Positions 12,516 through 25,894 of a stretch of 64,000 bases of DNA are shown here, one piece after another. A program made the translations under genes and the position numbers. Position 1 is the first letter of the stretch; each line of letters opens with the position of its first letter. The notes beneath the pieces were generated by a model that was not told the DNA's origin, made no database searches, and worked only from the letters and a program-made list of their open reading frames with translations. The stretch is taken from positions 16,120,001-16,184,000 of the forward strand of contig NC_092672.1 in assembly GCF_964355755.1 (NCBI RefSeq), read 5' to 3'. This DNA comes from Antedon mediterranea. Its lineage: Eukaryota > Animalia > Echinodermata.

Positions 12516-13603
12516 CTGTATATAAAAACACATTTTCATTTTCATTTCAATATTTTTCAATTGTGAATTATATAATCTTTCTAAGAATATGTTCTGTAAA
12601 ACACATTTAATAGAACAAAATGCAGGAATTATGGCTAGCTAATTTACAAAAGCAACATTTAACATAATGTAACGATAAGATAATGAAATCATCTTTTACC
12701 TATAAATATAAAAATGGTTCTATAAATCTATACAGTTGTTTTAAACTGCTGGAGTGGATTAGGGGAGATGTAATGTACAGTAGTATCCAGAAAACTTATA
12801 TCATACCCTCGCAATTTTTTTGCAGACAAAACATGGTTAATTAGGTAACCATTGCACAGCCCACATTCACTCAAGCGTTATGAGTAATTCATTTCTATAG
12901 CAAACTAGTAGTTTTACCTTCAAAGAAAATTGTTTATCAACACAAGACAAAGGCCAAGGCATGTCAATATTACCATAGAGATATTATCTCTATGATATTA
13001 CAGAACAATGAAACTTGAGCTGAAGGTCAAGATTCCCACAAACATGGAATGAGTAACTGGCCAATATGCTAAGACAATGTAAAACCCTAGATTTATATTG
13101 CAGTAACTATTACATTCAATTATGGGAAACGTATTGTAGTGTCTATAAAAAGGGCCTTGTCATAGAAACCTGCAATTGTTGAATAATCTAGAGCTAATGG
13201 TTATACTAAATGTGTAATTGGTGTGTTTACTCTACAATGTAGTATTGTATAATCCAGCAGTGTAGTGATTAATATGCAAAGATACATGGCAAGTCGTATT
13301 GTATAGCTACAGGGAGAGGTTTAGTTACGGTAGGTACTTAGAGCAGGCAGCCAAGCATGTTGTTGTGTTGGGTACAGTGTTGGTAAAAGTATCAAATTGT
13401 GGGCGAATCCGTAGAGCGATTGTGGAATCCATTCTTTAGTTAGCTGATAGTTAACAGTGGCCTTCTCTGTTGAGAGTACACTCCACTCCTGTATGTAGTT
13501 AGTTGTTTCGATGGTGAGTAATAGTAACTCTAGCCATGAAACACCTTAAAGACCCCTTCCCTACGTTTTTTAGATCTAATTTAAGATCACAAACTATATT
13601 TAA

Positions 13604-15417
13604 AGATGTATTGTCACTTGAAACACAAAAAAATGAAGGTAAAAATATTCTAAATTTAAATTGGCCATATTAAAATGGACTTGAAATGGATTTTCGATTT
13701 TCAAGAAATTCACACATGTTATTTAAATGTATCAAATTAACACAAACCCATACAAATAAAAACAAAATGTATAGTATTTTGAGTAAAAACGAAATTTTAA
13801 TATACCATGGTAAATTAGCGAAAATTACTCACGCCATTGCAATATTCTATTTCAACGGCCGTCGGAAGCCCCTATATTCACGACGTCACATATACACACG
13901 ATGATATCGAGAGCATGTATGCCGCCCGATAGTCAGTGAATGATCGACGGCCTGGAAAGATACCCGAAGCGTTGACACTAATACTAATTTATTCAATATC
14001 TAATGTTGTTGAAATATAGGTCCCTAAAATGTACTTCGTTTGTTCTAAAACCCGAATTTAGAAGGCCTACCTCCCAAACCTTTACTAGGCCTAACTAGGC
14101 TAGGCCCCCAATCCAGCGGAGTCGATCCACTACCCACATCATGCGGCGAGGCTCCGTTTCATGTGCATCCAAAGACCAAAGCGATATCAACAACTTGCTG
14201 CGCTCATTGTCAAGCCAAAGTAAAATATGAATAAAATTCGTTTTCGAACTGCCTGATTCGTGACAAATAAATTATCATCTCATATTACTAATTTAATTCT
14301 GCTAAACTAAAAACTAAAGAAATTAACACATTTTAGCAGTATAAATTACGAACGATATACAAAATACACGAACGGAAAATATGGATACGCATCATTGCGC
14401 ACGGAGCTGTATCCCGGACAACGTTGCCAGGCCAACTTCGGTATTGCTAGAAAAAACCCGTTGATTTTAAGATTTTAAATCGTCATTTACTTGATAAATA
14501 ACCGTTTATACGGTAATAATTTTATCTAAAAAAATTCTAAATACGTTTCTGCAAATGCACAAGCATTTTTTAGAAAATACTCCATAGATTTCAAGAGTTA
14601 TAGCCAAAAAACTGCAAATTGTCCATTGGAGGGATAGGAATATATTCGCAAAGTGACGTCACCCGCGAATTTTTTTGATTTTCAAATAGGGCTTTCCCCA
14701 AAAGGGCCAATTTATATTTTGTAACAATATACATTCTATCAACACCTAATAGCCCCCAAAACATCATTCTAAAATGAAAAAAATCGAAAATCCATTTCAG
14801 GTCCATTTTAATTAAAACCTAGTCTGAATAAACAAAGTGACTCTGTAAAAGCTAAGCTTTTCATTTGACAGGATGTTAGACAATAGGTCTTTTGTTATTT
14901 AAACTTTGACCCTTGGCTTGTGCTACTTAATTAGTTGTTGTTTTATATTTTATTCATTGGACTTGATAATGACCCCATGATGGAGTCGAAACGTCGTTCT
15001 CTTTTAAGCGTTATTTTTATATTAAATATTAAAGTTATTCACTTTAAGTCGAAAATTCGAGCCAAAAACAACAATTTTACGTACTTAACAGCTAAATTAA
15101 TTTGATTACATTTCGTCTGGAAATCGTCACGAGCGAAAGTAAACAAAGATTTCAAACCATGAGTATACATTATGCATGATGCTAATTAGGATTGTTTACA
15201 ACTCGTCACGGTTGAGAAGGTGTTTTCACACAGATCGCGAGGAAGTTTTATGATTAATGCATACCGAGTAGCCAAATAAGCTCGTTGCATTATGAGATAT
15301 GTTTTGATAATTTTTGGTGAAAGTTAATAACTATTATGATACTTCAAAATTACCCACTTTTTTTCGAAATCTATTTTTTTTCTTTTTTTTGGAATTTGAC
15401 AAAGGGACAATACATCT
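13604..15417. mobile_element. Second Kolobok-like element (TIR AGATGTATTGTC), middle layer
   Basis: 12-bp perfect TIR; TTAA TSD at 13600-13603 and 15418-15421. Confidence 0.8.
13674..14807. mobile_element. Third Kolobok-like element (TIR AATGGACYTGAAATGGATTTTCGATTT), inner layer
   Basis: ~27-bp TIR with one mismatch; TTAA TSD at 13670-13673 and 14808-14811. Confidence 0.8.
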
Positions 15418-16679
15418 TTAATATAAAAATAAAACTATATGGTCCTACTGCGATAACTTTTTTTTTTTTTTTTAAATGTGAAAAATAAGTCAATTCTAAT
15501 AATTATAGCAGCCCACTATAAATCCCAAAATGCATTGCGCACGGATTGATATTTTTGTTTTTCTTCTGTAATTCACCCACTTTTCGATTGAAAATTTACA
15601 ACATACATTTAATACAAGGAATGACCTGGTTTAATGTTTTTAAAGTAATATATATGTATCATTTTCACAAAACGTCACAAATTGTAGGTAAGGGGTCTTT
15701 AATCATTGTATTGTGATGGGAAGTGTTGACTTAATTGCATGGAACTCTGGGTTATTTTATTTTTATGGCCGTCTATTTATTAGTGTTTGGTTGTTTTGGA
15801 CGGGTGCTGAATGACTATCGTCGGTCATCAGCATGTACTAAAGATTGTCTCCAGTTGAGGTCCTCGATGGGTACCGTCAAGCCAAGGTTCTGAGCAGAAA
15901 TATGAGTGGAGCTGTACGCATAGAGAATGTTGTTTGGGGTGCAGTGAAATTGATTGGAGAAGATAGATTAGCGGAGGTGTACGTGTCTAGTCTGTGATTC
16001 ATTTATAGCGAGTGGTAGATCAAAGACAGATGAGCAGAGATGTACATACTGTATACAAATAAACTTATTACTGAAAGTTGCTTGTCAACATTTGTATATA
16101 AATTAAAAATTACAAAAAAAATAAACTTTCGTATATCGTTACATGCTACTTTATTATTTCAAATGACTATGACAGTGACAGCGAGTATCAACAAATCACA
16201 AATGTTATACTTTTTTTTAGTGTTACATTATTTATAAAACATGAAAACAAATAAATTTCATTACTGAGTGAATATCATAAGTGACAATTTTCTCTTATGG
16301 AAGCATACCAGAAGTAATGTCATGAGACTATATTTACCAAGGAAGGAAGGAGGAAGAGGGCTGATCAGCATTGAGGATTGTGTTAGGAAAGAGAGTAAGT
16401 CATTGCATGGCTACCTAAAAAATACTACAGAGTAGATGCTGCAATTTGCTTTCAGAGTATCAGAAGGAGGAAAGATGAAAAAACCATGGGCTGGAAAGGG
16501 AAAGCCCGACATGGAGAGTTTGTGCGACAAACAACAGATGTATCAGAAGAAGATTCTTGGAGATGGCTTAGGAATGGTTTTTTGAAGGAGACAGAAGGTT
16601 TGACACTATCTGCTCAAGAACGAATGCGATAAAAGTAGGGAGCGTTCAGATGTTGGCCATCCAGGGAACAGCACACATA

Positions 16680-17852
16680 AGCCTCTTTCTCACAGATGTG
16701 CCTGCAATATACAGGTACAGTGTGCTGGCGTCGTGCCGGTATCGTTACCGGCATATACCCATTCTCATTGAACTATCGTGCCGGAAATATAACCGGTATA
16801 TACCGGCTTTCTGTGAGAAAAAAGTCGGGCATATTCGGTCAATAAAAAGTCTCTGACAAAATAATTATTGAGGGCGTCCTTTATTGTTATTATTTTTGTC
16901 TAGCGATATATGGCAGCGAATGTTAAGTTATTATCTTCCTTTATAGCATATTTATGCAATACATGCTATGTACAGTATATTGTGCATATATTATACATGT
17001 AGAGCAATTAGCCGTAATCGGCAATCTGTAAAACACCTTAGAAGGCTGTACAATTTACAAGGCGACGAAGGGTCAGGCACCAACAAAGAGCTATATGGCC
17101 TAGCCATGGCCTATAGATTATGCTACAAATTTCTTCTTTAATTTTAAGCAGCTCTCTTATCTCACTATCCCTCCAGTTCGACATTATTATTGTTAATTGA
17201 ATTGAATCGGCGCCAAAGTGATACCCCGGAATATAACAGCGTTACGTTCTCACAGAATGCCCGTCTGGCATTGCGGGGACTATCCCTAGAATATTACTAG
17301 GTCTAAAGGCCCATTTACTGTACACTAGGACGATAACGATCGACGATAAATAGACAAATGTGCATTTTTCATACATAAAACAAAAGTAATATAAAAACTT
17401 TTCATTCTAGAACTATAGAATAACCTTCTATGCTTCCTTTGATGAAAATGATATTTTCACACGTCCAATCAAATGACGTCATGATTAGTAAGAGCAATAA
17501 TATCGTGACAATACAACGATTTTATTGTTTTTATTTATCATGACGTCATTTGATTGGAATTTTAAAAATATTATTTTTATCAAAGACAGCCTAAATGATT
17601 ATCCTATAGTTCTAGAACGAAAACCTTTCTAATTTATTTTGTTTTATGTAAAAAATATGCATGTTTATATATTTATCGTCCATCGTTATCGTCCTAGTGT
17701 AAATGGGCCTTAAAGCAGGTCATGTCGATGCCGGCATGCCGCATGATGCCGGCATGATTCCAAGACGACCCGTTCTCACAGAAAACCATACCGGCATGGT
17801 AATGGTATATTCCCACAATATTCCTGGCACACAGCTCTGTGAGAAAGGGGCT
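16680..17852. mobile_element. PIF/Harbinger-like MITE (TIR AGCCYCTTTCTCACAGA, 3-bp TSD ATA)
   Basis: 17-bp inverted termini; ATA duplicated. Removing it restores GCA CAC ATA TTG AGA AGA. Confidence 0.75.
17307..17710. mobile_element. Palindromic Harbinger/Tourist-like MITE (TIR AGGCCCATTTAC, TSD TAA)
   Basis: About 400 bp, near-complete foldback; TAA on both sides; nested in 16680-17852. Confidence 0.8.
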
Positions 17853-17892
17853 ATATTGAGAAGACCCAGAAGAACATTAGAGATAATCGATA

Positions 17893-18092
17893 AATAATAA
17901 TAATAATAATATCCTGGATTTATAGCGCCTATTGCTGTGAAACCTCTAAGCACTGAACATTATTACCCCGGTCATTTTTTTGCATCAAACACGTATGGAA
18001 ACATACTCCCATAATGCAGCTAGTAATCAGCGCAAAATTGTGTCTTGATGTAAACCGGGTACCCATTTATACACCTTGGTGGAGAAAGGTAA
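17893..18092 (-). mobile_element. CORE-type SINE 3' portion with (TAT)n tail
   Basis: Reverse complement has CTCCACCAAGGTGTATAAATGGGTACC, then ..GGCGCTATAAATCC and (TAT)n. Confidence 0.55.
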
Positions 18093-18419
18093 ACGTAAGT
18101 TGCTTTTAAATCTTTTTTACTCATTTGGTGGCTCTGAAAGGAGCTGTTTGGCTTGATACAGGTAGAAGAGGTGGGTGGAAATGTGGTAGATGATTGTGAA
18201 TGGGTTGCATTGGTGGAGGTGCTGGTCTTCTGCATCCCTCATCAATGGAAATGATGCATCTTTTCCAAGGTTGCGTCTGGTTCATTCATCAAGTATCGCA
18301 AGGTATTTTAGCACTCGCTCTTTTACATGTATTATTTATCTATCATCATCTATCTATCACCTATCATCTGTCATTAATCAGAATCAGTATCATTTCATTT
18401 CATGCGCGAAGGCTTTTAT

Positions 18420-18965
18420 TCAATAACTAGGCCACCGGCATAACATATCGTATGACACCAATAGTACAATCAACTGATAATGAGAATCTTCCACATTCAC
18501 TCATGATACCTTCATTGGTTGCTGATTTTCCAATTCCTAAAATATACCTGCAGAATCTAATTTATAAATCATCAATAATTTGTATATTATTTAATCCCCA
18601 TATTTCACTGCCATATAAGATAATTGGGATGATCTTCACATCAAATAAACAATTCCAAATATTAATTTTTAGGTGACCAAACTTTTCTTGTACAGTATTA
18701 CATTTTTTACAGTGTACAGTGCTTTGTTGCCCTGGTGTGCAGTTTATTTGTCTGGCCTTTTCCCATGTTCCTGTAAATTTGAATGTCACACCTAAATATT
18801 TGAATAATTTTACTATTTCAATTTCTTTATCTAAATATGTCCATATTTCACATCTTTTTAGTATTCCACTATTCTTGAATATTGTCATAGCTTATTTAGC
18901 AAATCTTGTAAGGCGCATACTGTGTCACTAATTTGTACCAGATCGTCTGCGTATAACAATTGGAA
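18420..18965 (-). mobile_element. Degraded non-LTR RT fragment (RTEX/L2-like)
   Basis: LLYADD at ~18950, plus FKYLG and ILYGSEIWG motifs; frameshifted. Confidence 0.65.
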
Positions 18966-19580
18966 ATGTTTGACATGTCGAGGTTTACTTAATGATCTAG
19001 CTCAATGACCTTTTGTTTAACAAATGTTCGATGATCACCGGAGCACGCTGTACAACGAGTTCCAAATTTGAGCAGAAAGTAGCTGCTAAACAGATTTGTA
19101 ATCAACCCCTCGCGGAATATTGGCCATGACATGTTTTTTTTCTGAATATTTTCCATGGACAGTACAAGGGTAGATCAGGTTGTGTTGATTTCTACCAAAG
19201 AAATGAACCATTGAATAAAACTTTACACACATAGAACATTATAAACTGAACATACAATAGTACAAAGTATGATGCATAATGATTATGGAAACAACTTGAA
19301 AAAAATCTGTCAAAGCAATAAATAGCAAACTTTAACAGTAGCAAATACAGATTATCCGGTTGTGTTGATTTCTACCAAAGGAATGAACCAATGAACATTT
19401 CTACATCTATGAAGTGTAGTAATTTAAAATATTATTAACAAAAACATACTTACTTAGTAGGCAAGATCAAATTCTTCAAGCAAGTACTTTATATTAAACA
19501 GTTGGGTAAAAATACAGCAATAAATTTGCATTATTGTCTGTTTAGACCTATAATGCCAACAGAATAGATTAGATACATAC

Positions 19581-19723
19581 TGTTAAACCAGGTCTTCTTG
19601 GAGATGTAGAGCCTGTTGTTCCGCTATGAATGCGATGTCGTTGTACTAGTTCATCTGCTGGAGGGTCTGTCCAATAATGATCAGGTGTTTTCATTTTTGA
19701 ATAATCCAATGCACATGGACCAA
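19581..19723 (-). CDS. SGSM1/2: SGSM1/2 exon ([47 protein letters not shown])
   Basis: Matches [33 protein letters not shown]. Acceptor ttttag, donor gtatgt; 143 bp, phase 1 to 0. Confidence 0.93.
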
Positions 19724-20019
19724 CTAAAATAAATCATATTCAACTCATTATTCGCCAAGAACTTAATATTATTGTTAATTTGTTAATAGTGAGCTTTCGC
19801 ATTGGGATGGTAGATGAAAGGAGATGGTAATTTATACAAGATCAATCTCTGCCAGCGTATAAGCTAACTATACTCAGTTTCATTCATTATTATCATGAAT
19901 TTATTTGATATATATTATTATTATATATTTTGATTTAACTTTCAGTCTGAAAAAAAAAACAAGAACATTCACATCATTTCAAAATTGTTCAACAACAAAA
20001 TATGGTCGATCAGTACAAC

Positions 20020-21440
20020 ACTAGAAATTAATTCGTCACTTTGACGAATTATAGGTGATCATTTTTATAATTTTAATAGTAAAAGTTGATGTACGCCATC
20101 CTATGACATGATGCATATACAAGTATAGTGCCGAGTTGTACCTATTATGTGTCATATATAATATGTACAGTATACTGTATATCCATATACAGTGTAGCAT
20201 AGGTGAAAATATGGGACCCACATCATGTTCTGATTTTTGGTATGATGACGTTATCAAAATAAACTTGAAGTTGACAATTTCCAAAGATAATGAAACTTTA
20301 GCATGTAGATGCGCAGTGCACGCTCTTTAAAAGTGTTATAAATGTGATGAAAGAGATTAAAAAACTACTTTTTAAATTCAACTGGCCATATCATAACGTC
20401 ACAACATCCGATAGGCTTAATTTCTAAAATTCATCAGCTGTCACAATGAATTAAAATCATCAAGGTCACCTTTAATTCTGAAGAGCTGTGAGATATTAAA
20501 ATATACGCTGAAGGTGAAATTACTCTACCCACATTAGTTTTTACGCGTGATGACATCATCACACGAAAAATATTGGCAACTCATGATAAGGATAACTAAT
20601 TTAGCAAGCACATACTGAAAATCGTGTTCAAACGGAGATGTGCTCTATTCAATGTCATAACCTACAAAAATTATAGATAAAAAATCCTAATTTTTAAATT
20701 GAAGTAGCCATTTGATGACGTCATGACATTTTGTATGTCAAATGTGTACATGAATTCATATCTACAACTCAATGGCTTCCCGAATAAATTAAAAAAATTG
20801 GAGGTCTGTGGAGCCGTGAAATGTGCAAAAGGTCACATTTGTGCAAACAACCACATTTGTGCAAACATTTTACCTTCAAATGTGCAAACAACCACATTTG
20901 TGCAAACATTTTACTTTCAAATGTGAAAATCTGTAAAAATGCATAACCCGCAAATGTGCAAACACCACGCCGTTAAATGTAAAAACGATCAGTTTTGACG
21001 TTAAATGTGCAAAAGGTATTCTAAAAATGTGCAAAGAATTTCTTTAACCAAACTCATATTCAATTATATATTTTTGGTTTGTAGGTCTTTCAGAGAAGAA
21101 ATAACAATAGGAAAAAAAGTATAACTAGATTTGAACTCGTCACTACGGACGAGTTAGGTTATCCGCACCGCAAGGGCCACGAGCACGTCATACGTTAGAA
21201 TATTGCGCGCAGAAAAATGATTATGCCATTGAAGCAATTTCAGTGTGCTCTCTATTTTGTGTCACGTCTAAGTATATACGGTATACACTATATACTGTAT
21301 ACAGTGCAGAATAGGTGAAAATAAGTGATCAAAGTTATTGACGCTTTTGAACATGATGACGTTATCACAATTTTAAAAATTGTGAATCATGCGAAAGATA
21401 ATTGATTAACCTAGACAATATAAAAAAATACAGATAAGTG
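20020..21440. repeat. Dispersed repeat family rich in TGACGTCA modules (Helentron-like ends), with AAATGTGCAAA tandem motif at 20815-21040
   Basis: 21120-21400 is the reverse complement of 32790-33072. Ends of type ACTAGA..TCGTCAC..GACGA. Confidence 0.5.
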
Positions 21441-24400
21441 GAAATTTTGGACATTAATATAGTAGCAAGTTATTTTATTAAGATAAGTATACTTCTGTTT
21501 GTTATTTTAGGCTAAACTAGGCCAATAATATAATAATTACATCTACTTTACTTCCAATTCTGTGCACCCCCTTTCAGTGTTCCTGTGTTCCTATGCAACA
21601 CAACAGACGACACTGCGACAGGCACTCCTTTTGCCTTTGCGCCTAAATGCCCAACTAGCCTAGGAGGAGAGGAGGAGAGTATATTCTAAGGTTTTCATGA
21701 TCTATATATAAATTTACGTAAGGGCAAAATTCGGTAAATCGCGCGTTATTTCTAGAATGTTTACTCGATGGTATATAAAGTTGGTTCATACTTTCGGTAC
21801 TGATTTTAACCGCCTGATGTAACCCTGTTTAGGTTCAAAGATTTGCCCCAAATAGGGGTGTTTTCCGATCGTGGTATACACTGTCTAATGGATGTCCATC
21901 TTGAAAAATACCCGCCACAAAAATGCGAGGAGGCTTCGCATTTTCCTATCTCCTCCTACGATAATTGTTTTTAATAGCTGAAAACCGGTTGAACAGCTCG
22001 AGTACAGTATCATAATGTTGAAGACAGGCCGATTTTCTTTAAAAAATACTATTTTGATAGATTTAATATACGTTTATGCAAATGTATTGATTTGCAATGA
22101 ATGGAACATTCCAAATTATTTGGTTTAACCATACTTGCATACCTCCATGGTTTAACACAAGTAGGTAAATTTATAGACCCTTGGAAAATAAACAGAAATA
22201 GTATTGTAATGCTATACAATACTGCAAATAGGTATTAACCACTTTTGATCGCCATTTGAATCAAAAGTGTGTTGGTACTGTTAAATATAATATAAACAAA
22301 TATGCAGGGGTCCCAAGTCTACCGCTACTCGCGCTAGTCTACCGCTTTTACTACCCATCTACCGCGCTACCGCTATCTCGACGTTTTCTACCGCATTTTG
22401 ATTTTTTTTACCGCATTTTCAAATTTCCCCATATTTTTGGCCAAATTGATTTACGGTTACACCCAGGCTCAGCCCAGGTCAACAATTGTCAATAGCCAGA
22501 CAAAAGTGAGGCAGGATATTGAAACAATGTCTATTCATGCAGTCTCCGTGGTCTATTATTGTATTTTTATTTGTATGCACTGCCTTTGTTAAACCGTAAC
22601 AATAATTTAAACATGCACGGTGTACTACACGCCGGACGGTAGAAAAAAAAGAAGCGTGCAACCAACCGTGAATCAATCACGTGGTAACCGGAATACGCGA
22701 TTATCAATTTTGGGAGGATCCAAGTTTAAACTAAATAAACGCTTTGATTACACAGTGGTTGGGGCACGTTTTTAATAGTTATTACATTTTTAAACACCCT
22801 CATAATTAATGAACTCTACCAATGTTGATCCGCCATCAAAGAACAACAGATCGCACACATCGCACGAGGTTGTTGAGGCGGTGTTTTATTTGGTTTTACC
22901 ATGGAGGTATACCTCCATGGTTTTACTGTACGATCCGATAATACGAACATGTTAAATGATTTAAAAGGCATGGATTCGCCAAGCAAGTAGGCCTACGTTT
23001 AATAAAAATTTACCTAAGATTTTCGTAAGCTCTTTTGTTCGAACTTGTTATTTATATAGCAATAATCCACCCGTTCCGGCATGCACGCTAGGCCTCTAGC
23101 CTAGGCCTACTCTCCCTCGATCGATGTCGCTAGGGAGTCCGTCGCTAGTGGGGAATTTCCCAGCGATAAGAAATCGGCGAAATAGCTCATAAACGGCCTA
23201 CATTTTAATGTTATATCTTCAATGCCAGTGTAATTACGTATGGATAAACAATATAAAACTCAATGTTTTTCATCTGAAATAATATGTTAACTCGCGTAAT
23301 GTAGCATAAGACGGATTCGGAATAGTTATTTCGATTGTTTTTGGGTTTTAAAATGGTAGCTAGCTAGAGCCTAGAAGTAGAAGCCCTAGGCTAAGCCTAG
23401 GCCTGTGCCTAAAAAAAATGAGTAAATTCTATTGGGCAATACTATCATGTGTAAATATTGTACGTTATGTAATTAAGTTAAATTATTTTATATACTGAAT
23501 TTTTAGTTAAAATACAGTATATATTTTTTAAATTCTTTGTACTGAGGATGTGTCCATAAAAAAAATAAGAATGTAAAAATACTGATGGATAAACCTATGT
23601 AACAATTTATGTGTAAATATTGTATATACTGTATATGTAACATATTTAGTTAATTAAGAGACGTAAACGACACGCGTGTTGATTTTCAATTCCCCGCGCG
23701 TTGACTTTCGACGCCCCGACGAATTGAATGTGGTTCACGACAAAATCTCCTGCAAATGGACTTTCCCAAGTTGGGACCTCTGAATATACTAATAAACTTT
23801 ATCACTGTGAGTGTGGGTAGCCCCTACTTTTAGATTAAACACATAATAATATAATTCTTTATTACTGTCGGTTGTTTCTCAACGTTTGTATTAATTAATA
23901 ATTACAAAAATATAAACGTATTAGTGGTCTTTAAATGTACTTTACTATTTCAATCGACCATGAGACAGTGAAAGTTTTAATAAAGTATTAAATCGGAAAT
24001 GTTTTACTCTATTTAGTGGTATATTATTTATAGGCCTATAAAAAAATATTTCGTTACTGGTACTGGTACTGGTACTGGTTCAAATAACCGTCTCACAGAG
24101 ACATCTGGTAGCCATTGACTTGAAGTTGGCATTTGGATGTGTTACTTTTAAATGTAGGCCTACAGTATGAGAGTGACTACTACCAAATTACACAGTCACA
24201 AAACAACTGAGAGTGGATAATAAAGAAATATATTAAAGAACCATTTAATATAAAGAATATATTAAAAAATTGTTCCTCTTTGTACCTATCCTCATCCCCA
24301 ACGCTCAACTCTAATGTTAGATACAAAACCCTAAACTCTAATAGATACAAAATTGGGTTTGTTTAAATGAGTCCAAATAACAAATTTGGACTCATTTGTG

Positions 24401-25894
24401 ACAAGTTTCTAGGTGCTAATTTTGGTTGACTACATAAATCACTGTGTCTATTTATTTGTTTCTGTAAAAGACAATGTTTTATAGTCCTGCCGTACGTACA
24501 TTTGAAATCGCCAGTTTTTTTACGCTGAAATTACTATGTATTCGAGAACCATCTGTGGGCACGAACTAGATGGTACGCGAGCGAAGCGAGCGTACCATCT
24601 AGTATTTATATCATGCGTTAACTTTCTGTAGAAAATGAATGGCATGTTGTACAGGAAGCGCACTGTGTTTTGGTGGTCTGTTAATCTCTGATATATATAC
24701 CCTACAGCCATGTGAATAACACAATGTAATTTAGTATACAATGATTACAGTAACCGCCGTGTCTATAACACAAATCAATAAAACACCAAATACGCCACAC
24801 ACTTTTTTCGGTCATGTACATTAAAGACATTTCATGTTTATTTTATGCCTATGAAATAATAAAATAATACTATGTTTCTCGTTTAATACCATGATTATAT
24901 AAAAAACCTTCATACACGAGAACAAAATTAACGATATTACACTCCACTCAGTACAGGGGTGTAAATATACCACGCAGAAAGCTTGCACACACGGACCAGG
25001 GCGGTAATGGAAAATGGTGTACTTTTGGAGTGATGGCATCAGCATTCACACGAGGAGCGAGCTTAGACAACGTGACGCTGGTGGTAGTAGAAGTGCATGT
25101 GTTTTGAAAATAACTCAGTTGTGGTTATTTTCTGAAGATTTTAAATCGTGTTTTCTTTTTAAAATCTTGAATTCATAAATAGTAATTAAACTCTTAACTC
25201 TTTCACTACGTAGGCCTTCACACAACTATAGTGAAACCCTATCTCTAGCCTACTCTTCTTAATTAAAAGAGTCAGGTGCGTCAAATCCACATCTAGCGAC
25301 TGTCGCGGGTTGGTTGTATCTTTTTTTTTCGGAGAATTAATTATTCACCATAATTGGTGTAATCATACAATATTCCTGTTTTAGTTCGTAGTATCAGTGA
25401 TTTCCGTTGTTTTCCACGTACTAGGCCTAGGCTACATCAATATTAATAATACTAATATTTTGATCAATTACTTAAAAATGCTAAATTATTTTTAAACCTC
25501 TGATATATATAATAATAATAATAATAATACCACATATAATTCATGTGTTTGAAATCAAAAGTACAGAAAAGAAGTGAACAAAAATCAAACCCATAAAAAT
25601 ACAGTGTTAAACTTTATATAAAAATAACCTCATATAATATATGATGTGGGTTGTCAACTACAATTATACTTTACATGCTGGTTTAAGAACCCTGTAATAG
25701 TTACTTAAACTTATTGAATGCCTGTAACTTTTGTTTAATTTTTGTTTGTGATTGCGATCCAACAAAAGGTATTGTTTTTTGATCGCAATTCCATGTGCTC
25801 CCAAGCAATAACACAGGAAGGTATTGTTTTTGGATCACAATAGTATGAGAGGCTTTGTTTTGCTATGCCTCCGATGGAATATACACTATTGCTG

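Larger units (their letters stand above)
13550..15698. mobile_element. Kolobok-like element of the 6323 family (outer layer of a triple nest)
   Basis: TTAA|AGACCCCTTCC...AGGGGTCT|TTAA. The sequence resumes after 15421 exactly as in the intact copy. Confidence 0.8.
16290..17870 (+). mobile_element. Degraded R4/Dong-like non-LTR retrotransposon 3' fragment, split by MITEs
   Basis: Hand translation gives LYLPRKEGGRGLISIEDC, SWRWLRNG.LKETEGL..SAQE, and the C-terminal GTAHI|LRR motif interrupted at 16680-17852. Confidence 0.65.

Noticed and set aside
11799-12560. TBC1D16/TBC1D15 identity for the host gene
   Set aside because: The upstream RUN-domain exons and the [13 protein letters not shown] motif are specific to SGSM1/2.
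15700-16030. LINE endonuclease remnant on the minus strand (YAP- and DLN-like motifs), possibly continuing at 13300-13545
   Set aside because: Too degraded to support a call without alignment.
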